Below are positions 56,426 through 64,000 of a stretch of DNA of 64,000 bases, in pieces. The stretch is from the human T2T-CHM13v2.0 reference genome, Homo sapiens. Position 1 is the stretch's first letter. Each line of letters starts with the position of its first letter. Where the stretch lies: the NCBI RefSeq assembly GCF_009914755.1, contig NC_060928.1, one strand, 5' to 3'. The translations under genes were made by a program, and so were the position numbers. The notes beneath the pieces are model-generated. The model saw only the letters and a list, made by a program, of their open reading frames with translations, was not told the DNA's origin and ran no database searches.

Positions 56426-57201
56426 AGCAATAGGAAACTAAATGCAGACATTTTAGATTTGAGAGGCCTATTAGATATCGAAGTAAAGATGCTGAATAGG
56501 CAGTCTAGAGTTCAGAAGAGAGGGCAGGACTAGAGAAATAAAAGCATAACAATCTGTTTGAATCACGGACCCTCTTCTCCACATCACCTTTAACACTGCA
56601 TCCAAGAAAGCACTCATGCACATTTACAATATTTTTTATATAATTTCAAGATGTTCAAGAATTCCCTATATTCATAGAACTCCCAGAACATTATATATAA
56701 TCACGAAGCAGCCTATTCTAACCCCAGTAAGATTGCTGCCTCCCTACGGAGGAAGAAACTGAATATCATTTCACTTCAAAAAACTTAAAAACCCCTTTTC
56801 CACTTCTACTTATCAAAACAAAAAACAAAATGTCACAGAAATACCTTACATAAAAAGTTCAAATCCCCCACATAATCGTAGTGTTCCTCACCATCACCCT
56901 CTAACCTTTCTTCTCATACTTAAGGATTTGGTCATGGTCAATATGCCACTGATTCCTTTTTAAATGTTTAAAATCTTGCTTGTTAAAATTAAGCTTGCTT
57001 TTTAAAATTAGTTTATGATAACAGAAAGCTATGGTTGCAACTACTGCAAAGCTTCAGAGTTCACAGGTTTGATTAATTTTATTAAAAATTCCATACTACT
57101 AGGTTAGATAAAAACAAAAAATAGCAATTGGTTGATCAAAGAAATCTGTATCAACACATTTTAAATAATGAAAACATTGTGGCCTTAAAAAATTAAAATC
57201 A

Positions 57202-58120
<919 letters not shown>

Positions 58121-58425
58121 ATGTCAACCTAGCTTTCTTTACAGCCCTTCTGAGAAGGAACAACCTATTGAGCAGCAGGATGGGAGCATTGTGCATTGGA
58201 CTATGCGTGATACTATACACATCAGCTTTGCACAATTTTTTTTAAATCAAGTGTTTGAGTCTCTACAAATGAAAAAAACATTTAGCAAATACTGAGTTCA
58301 TAAAATATGCTCTAGGGAAAAAATTTCTAGAAGATTATATTTTTAAAGCCATGTAAGCTGAGTGTAAATGGACAGAACTAGGAATACTAAAAAAAAATAA
58401 AGGGAATAAAAGGTAGTATGGCCAT

Positions 58426-58527
58426 GTGCTCACGTCAGCAACACGTATACTAAAATTGGAAAGATACCGAGATTAGCATGGCAAGGGTGACATGCAAATT
58501 CATCAAGCATTCCATTTTTTTTTTTTT
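58426..58527 (+). pseudogene. U6 snRNA retropseudogene
   Basis: GTGCTC...ATACTAAAATTGGAA.GATAC...GATTAGCATGGC...GCAAATTC...TTCCATTTTT matches U6 with substitutions and deletions; flanked by a target-site duplication AAGGT(A)GTATGGCCAT (58410-58425 / 58528-58542). Confidence 0.92.
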
Positions 58528-58964
58528 AAGGTGTATGGCCATGTTAAGAAATTTGAGCTTTTAGGCGGAGGTATAATGTACAAACCACTGAAATGTTTTA
58601 ATTCAGGGAAATAACATGATCAGTTTGTGTTTTATAAAAAATTGCTTTGGTGGTTGTATAGAGAATGGATTAGAGAAACAAGTCAGGACACAGAATGGCC
58701 AGTTTCAAGTCTGTTGCAAACAGCCAGAGGTACCTGGAACAGGACAGTGGCAATGAAGATGGAGACAAGTAGACAGAATCAGGACCTACATCAGAGATAG
58801 ATTTAATAGAATCTGGTAATTGACTGACTATATGTAGGCAATTGTGGTGAGGGAAGAAGTTAAGTACTTCACCCAGCTTTCTGGCTTGGGCAACTTGTGG
58901 TGTCTGTCATTCAATGAGATATAGAACCTTGGCACAGAAATAGTTTAGAGGTAAGAAATGTAAG

Positions 58965-59678
58965 TGATACAGTTTGGATCTGTGTCCCCACCCAAATCTC
59001 ATGTCAAATTGTAATCCTCAAGCTGGAAATGGGGCCTGATGGGGGGTGATTGGATCATGGGAGTAGCTTCTCCATGGTTTAACACCATCCCCCATTGGGG
59101 CTGTTCTCACAACAGAGTTCTCGTGAGATCTGCTTGTTTTTATTTATTTATTTGAGACAGAGTTTTGCTCTTGTTGCCCAGGCTGGAGCGCAATGGCGCA
59201 ATCTCGGCTCACCACAACCTCCACCTCCCAGGTTCAAGCAATTCTCCTGCCTCAGCCTCCTGAGTAGCTGGGATTACAGACATGTGCCACCACACCCAGC
59301 TAATTTTGTATTTTTAGTAGAGACAGGATTTCTCCATGTTGGTCAGGCTCATCACCAACTCCCAACCTCAGGTGATCCGCCCGCCTCAGCCTCCCAAAGT
59401 GCTGGGATTACAAGCGTGAGCCACCGCGCCTGGCCAGAGATCTGCTTGTTTTAAAGGTGTGTGGCACTCCCCGCTCTCTCTCTTCCTCTTGCTCTGGCCA
59501 TGTGAAGATGTGCCTGCTTCCCAACTTCGCCTTCTGCCATGATTGAAACCTCCCTGAGGCCTCCCCAGCCATGCTTCCTGTACAGCCTGCAGAATCATGA
59601 ACCAATTAAACCTCTTTTTAAAAGAAATTACCCAGTTTCAGTTATTTCTGTATAACAGGGTGAGAATGGACCAATACA
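58965..59678. mobile_element. MST-type solo LTR with a nested antisense AluSp-like element (about 59139-59435)
   Basis: TGATACAGTTTGG...AATACA ends, TSD GTAAG/ATAAG; the Alu is flanked by the duplicated GAGATCTGCTTGTTTT. Confidence 0.85.
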
Positions 59679-60688
59679 ATAAGTTAAAGATATCAAGACT
59701 CTACAAAAAGGAAACCCAAAGGCACATTACATTCTTACATTGAGCATTAAATAAGCAAACTGAGAGAACTACAATATATTCCAAAAGCTCCCTGGGCTAA
59801 TTTCTAGTGACTATTATTTGCAAGGAGTTTATGAAGAATAACACACAAAGAGGTCCAAAACCAAGTTTTTTGCCATGAGTTTTGGTCTGCTCAAACTAGC
59901 AAGCCCTTAAGAAGGCTGTGGTAAATGACTTTGTTGTTCCCAATGATTCACTGCCCTCTGTGTAAAAAGATTATCCAGCCACTCAAGGTACCATGTAACT
60001 TGCAGGACCCCCACACCATTAATGTCAGGTTAACCAAAGAAGTGAGTAGAAGTGATACATGTCACTTCTGAGCATCGTTATAAACACTGGTACATGCTTT
60101 GCTATCTTTTTCCCAGATAGGGATTGCTCCTTCGGCCAGGATCCCAGAATGAGCACCACAGGTGAGGCTGAGCTACATCTCACCAGTTGAATATAACTGT
60201 TACACAATACTGAGCTCTAGAGGTTGTTTGTAATCACAGCATTAACAACAAAATATGACAGGTACTGGTGTCTAACAAATAAGAATGTATGACTTATTGG
60301 TGTTTCCCCTCTTCAAGTCAAATTTTTCTGGTGATTTGCTAAGAAGAAACCTGATGAAAAAAATAGTTGGCCCAAGTATTCCAAAACTAGAACAAAGAAT
60401 TTTGAACCTGAAAAGAAACTTGGTAGGAGTTAGCAAACTTTTTCTGTAAAGAGTGAGATAGTAAGTATTTTAGGCTTGCAGACCACGTGGACTTTGTTGC
60501 AATGACTCAACTCTGCAGATGTAGGAAAAAACGACTATAGACAATGAAACTTTATTCACAAAAACAGTCAGTGAGCCTGGGCTCTGGGTCTAAATCTTTC
60601 ATACTGTCAATGAAGAATCTGAGAGATTAAATCAAGGTCATATAGCGGGCTAGTGGGAGGCTGAGCATTAGAATGCATGTCTTCTGAA

Positions 60689-60941
60689 AACCAAATACCG
60701 CATGTTCATAGGTGGGAACTGAACAATGAGAACACTTGGACACAGGGTGGGGAACATCACACACCGGGGCCTGTCGTGGGGTGGGGGAAGGGGGGAGGGA
60801 TAGCATTAGGAGATATACCTAATGTAAATGACGAGTTAATGGGTGCAGCCACCAACATGGCACATGTATACATATATAACAAACCTGCATGTTGTGCACA
60901 TGTACCCCAGAACTTAAAGTATAAGAAGAAAAAAGAAAAAA
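60689..60941 (+). mobile_element. Short 3' fragment of L1PA
   Basis: L1PA 3'UTR with A-tail; 19-bp direct repeat AGAATGCATGTCTTCTGAA at 60670-60688 / 60942-60960. Confidence 0.92.
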
Positions 60942-62069
60942 AGAATGCATGTCTTCTGAATCTAGTCCTCTAGAACAGGTTCTGTTGGGTCACAAGATGG
61001 AGATGAAATACACACAATAAATAAAGCAGGGAATGCTAAAGATAGGTTTTGATTATGTTAAACAGCTTTCAACAGTTTGGTTATAAATGAGGATTTGCTT
61101 TTCGAGTGATTATAGCTTTCACGAAAAGAAGTAAATGTCATGAGACCAAACAGGTAAACAAATGATAAATTAGCCAGTGTTTTGAAAAATGATCTTCAGA
61201 GGAAACACAATTATACACTCCTTCCAACCACCATTTTCTTGAATAGATTATCAATCATTTCTTTTATTAACAGGATGGCATTTGCTATGATTATTACAGT
61301 AATTCATTTTAGGGAAAAATAGGTTTTTAAAAATACCATAATATGAGCAAGAAATATACTGGACCAGCAGCCAATTATTTCTCACAGTATTTTAAATTTA
61401 TTTTTCTTTAATTTTGAAAGTAATAAACATTCATTGTAAGTAACTGAAACAATACAGAAGTATAAAGTGACACACTCCAGGCCCTCCTCGATTCCACTCC
61501 CCAGAGTATTAGCCATACATTATGTTTTAACATGACTGATTTGTTCAGAACGGTGCAGTAAAGCTACTTCCTCTGAGCTACTTTAACAACAAAGAGGAAT
61601 ATAGAGTTCCCCTGGCCAGATATCCCTTGGATATCATGTTTTGAAAAGTAACAAAGGGGTTTGGGGTGGTATATGGCCTAGAAATGAGAAAAGTAAGCTG
61701 CCCATTCAAGGTCTGAATGAGGGGTTTGAGCCCAGCACTGTAACCAGCTGAGTGAGGCTCCTCTTTATAAAAACACCTTGATAATGCTACTGTAGAATGT
61801 AGAAAAACTTAAAAATGGGTTAAGAGTATCCCTACCTTCTCTTGCTCTCTCATTTTTTTTTTTAAACTTGGGCTGGTTTACTCATAAAAGCAGATTTTTT
61901 TTTTTTTAAGAGATAGGGTCCTCACTCTGTTGCCCAGGCTGGATTCAAACTCGTAGGCTCAAGCAATCTTCCCACTTAAGTATCCTGAGTAGCTGGGACT
62001 AGAGGCACATACTACCCAACCCAGCTCTGATTATCTTAATCAGTTTTTTTCTTTAAGCCATATTTGACA

Positions 62070-64000
62070 TATCTGAGTGACATCAGAAAAAATGGCAGAG
62101 TTAAGACCTCCAAAAGTCTATCCCTCCATAAAAGCAATAAAAACCTGATAGAAACTGGCAGAATCAACTTTTCAGAACTCTAGAAACCAACCAAAAGCTT
62201 GTAGCAACTAATGAAACACTGAATCCAGAAAAACTAGCTGGATTGTGGTTAGAATATTGAGCTTTGTGGCATTTTTAACTTACCCTGGTCCCTTCCCTCT
62301 TCCCAGCTCAGTGGGAACCTTAAAAATGTTAGCCTGCATTCCTGGTACCAATATCAGGACTAGAGAGAACAAAACCAACCTTATTCACAAAGAACTGTAA
62401 TAATTTGTCTTGACCTGTCTGGTTTCTCCCTGGAGAAGACTTTCTTTTACCTTACCTAATTTGGAATTATCAGTGCAAAAGTGGCTAGCTAGAGGGCACT
62501 TGCTGAAAACACTGACAAGCAAATATATTAGTTGCTGCTGCACAAGGATAACAGTTGGGGCAAACAATAAGCTAACCAAAAAGGTTGGGAAGATAGGCTA
62601 GAGAATGAGATGGTTTGAGGAATACAGGCTTTGAATAGCTCCCACATATTCCTGGGAATCTAGAAGGCCAACTGTATTACCAGGATGGGCATATGCTCAG
62701 AAAAGACCTGAGAAGGCCCTAAGCTGCCACCTCTGGCTGACTGTCAGAATATGCACAAAGAAGTAAAGGCAAAGCAGACTTGTAAACTGCCTGTCTGAGT
62801 ACTGAAGGTGTGTCAAAACACAAGAGCCCATCTGCATAAGCTGGGAGGTTCTTTTTGGTTCTAGGCATAAAACAAAACAAAACAAAACAAAACAAAAACC
62901 TCTGTCCAATCACTAGCTGACCACTAAGCTAATGAAACTGAAAATTCAGTGTCATGCATGACAAAGAATATAGGATTTACAAAATTAGTTCAGAGAAGTC
63001 ACTAAACAAACAACCACAACCATAACAAGCAGCAATAACAAACCCTGGGAAGGGAGAAGAATCTGATTTCCAGAGCTGTTACATTATAATATTCAAAATG
63101 TTCAGTTTTCAACTTGTAAATACAAGGTATGCAAAGAAATAAGAAATATGGCCCATACACAGAAAAAAAAGTAATCAATACAAACTGTTCTTTCTGAGGA
63201 AGCCCAGATGCTGGATTTACTAGACAAAGACTTTATACTTCTGTATTATTGTTTGGGGAGCTCTTTATGTATTCTACATTCAAATCTTTTGTTGGATATA
63301 TGATTTGAAAATATTTTCTCCTAGTCTGTAGCTTATCTTTTTATTCTATTTAACAGTGTCTTTAGCTCTTTGAACATATTTAAACAACCCAATTTTTAAA
63401 TGTGCAAAGATTTGAACATTCTTCCCCAAAGATGACATATGGATAGCAATTAACCATATGAACAGATGGTCAATATCATTAGCCAAAAGGAAAATGTAAA
63501 TTAAAATTACAATGAAATATCACTACACCTCTATTAAAATGGCTAAAAACAAACAAATAAAAACTAGAAAAAATCTAGCAGCATCAAGTGCTGGTGAGAA
63601 TGCAGAACAATGAGAACTCTCATACATTGCTGGTGATAACACATAACAGGATAGCCACTCTGGAAAACAGTTTGGAAATTTATTATAAAGTTAAATTTAT
63701 ATTTACCATATGATCCAGCAAACCTGTACACAAATGTTTACAGCAGCTTATTCATAATCATCAAATACTGAAAACAATCTAAATATCCTTCATCAGGATA
63801 TTGTGTACCAGCATAAACAAACTGGTACACTCACACAATAGACTACTACTTGGCAGTAAAACAGATCAAACTATTGATATAGTAACAAAATGAATCAATG
63901 TCCAAGGCATTCTCCTGAGTAAAAGAAGCCCGTCTCAGAGGTTATATATTAATACTTTATGAATTCATTTATTTAATATTCTAGGAAAGGCAAAATTATA
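62070..64000. mobile_element. Old L1M fragments
   Basis: L1M 5'/ORF1-like and ORF2 3'-like degenerate text; boundaries approximate. Confidence 0.6.

Overview
Human/hominid genomic DNA, rich in Alu, L1, L2 and LTR repeats, with a full-length SVA. It holds the five-exon serine protease gene PRSS48 on the + strand (CDS 35068-49408). This haplotype has a 5-bp CAGGT duplication in exon 2 that frameshifts the ORF to a 63-aa product. About 14 kb upstream lies a complete five-exon tandem paralogue (16765-20838), now a pseudogene. All three of its catalytic-triad residues and its activation Arg are replaced, yet its promoter and exon 1 are far more similar to PRSS48 than its other exons are. Other notable items: signs that PRSS48 lost a GPI-type C-terminus, a strong CTCF-like motif in the PRSS48 promoter, two chimeric insertions templated from roughly equidistant upstream and downstream donors, a U6 retrocopy without a poly(A) tail, and a nested Tigger3/L1/MST stack. 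No prokaryote-type system is present, and almost all ORF-track entries are repeat artefacts. From memory, the locus is 4q31.3, inside an SH3D19 intron; the sequence alone cannot confirm this.
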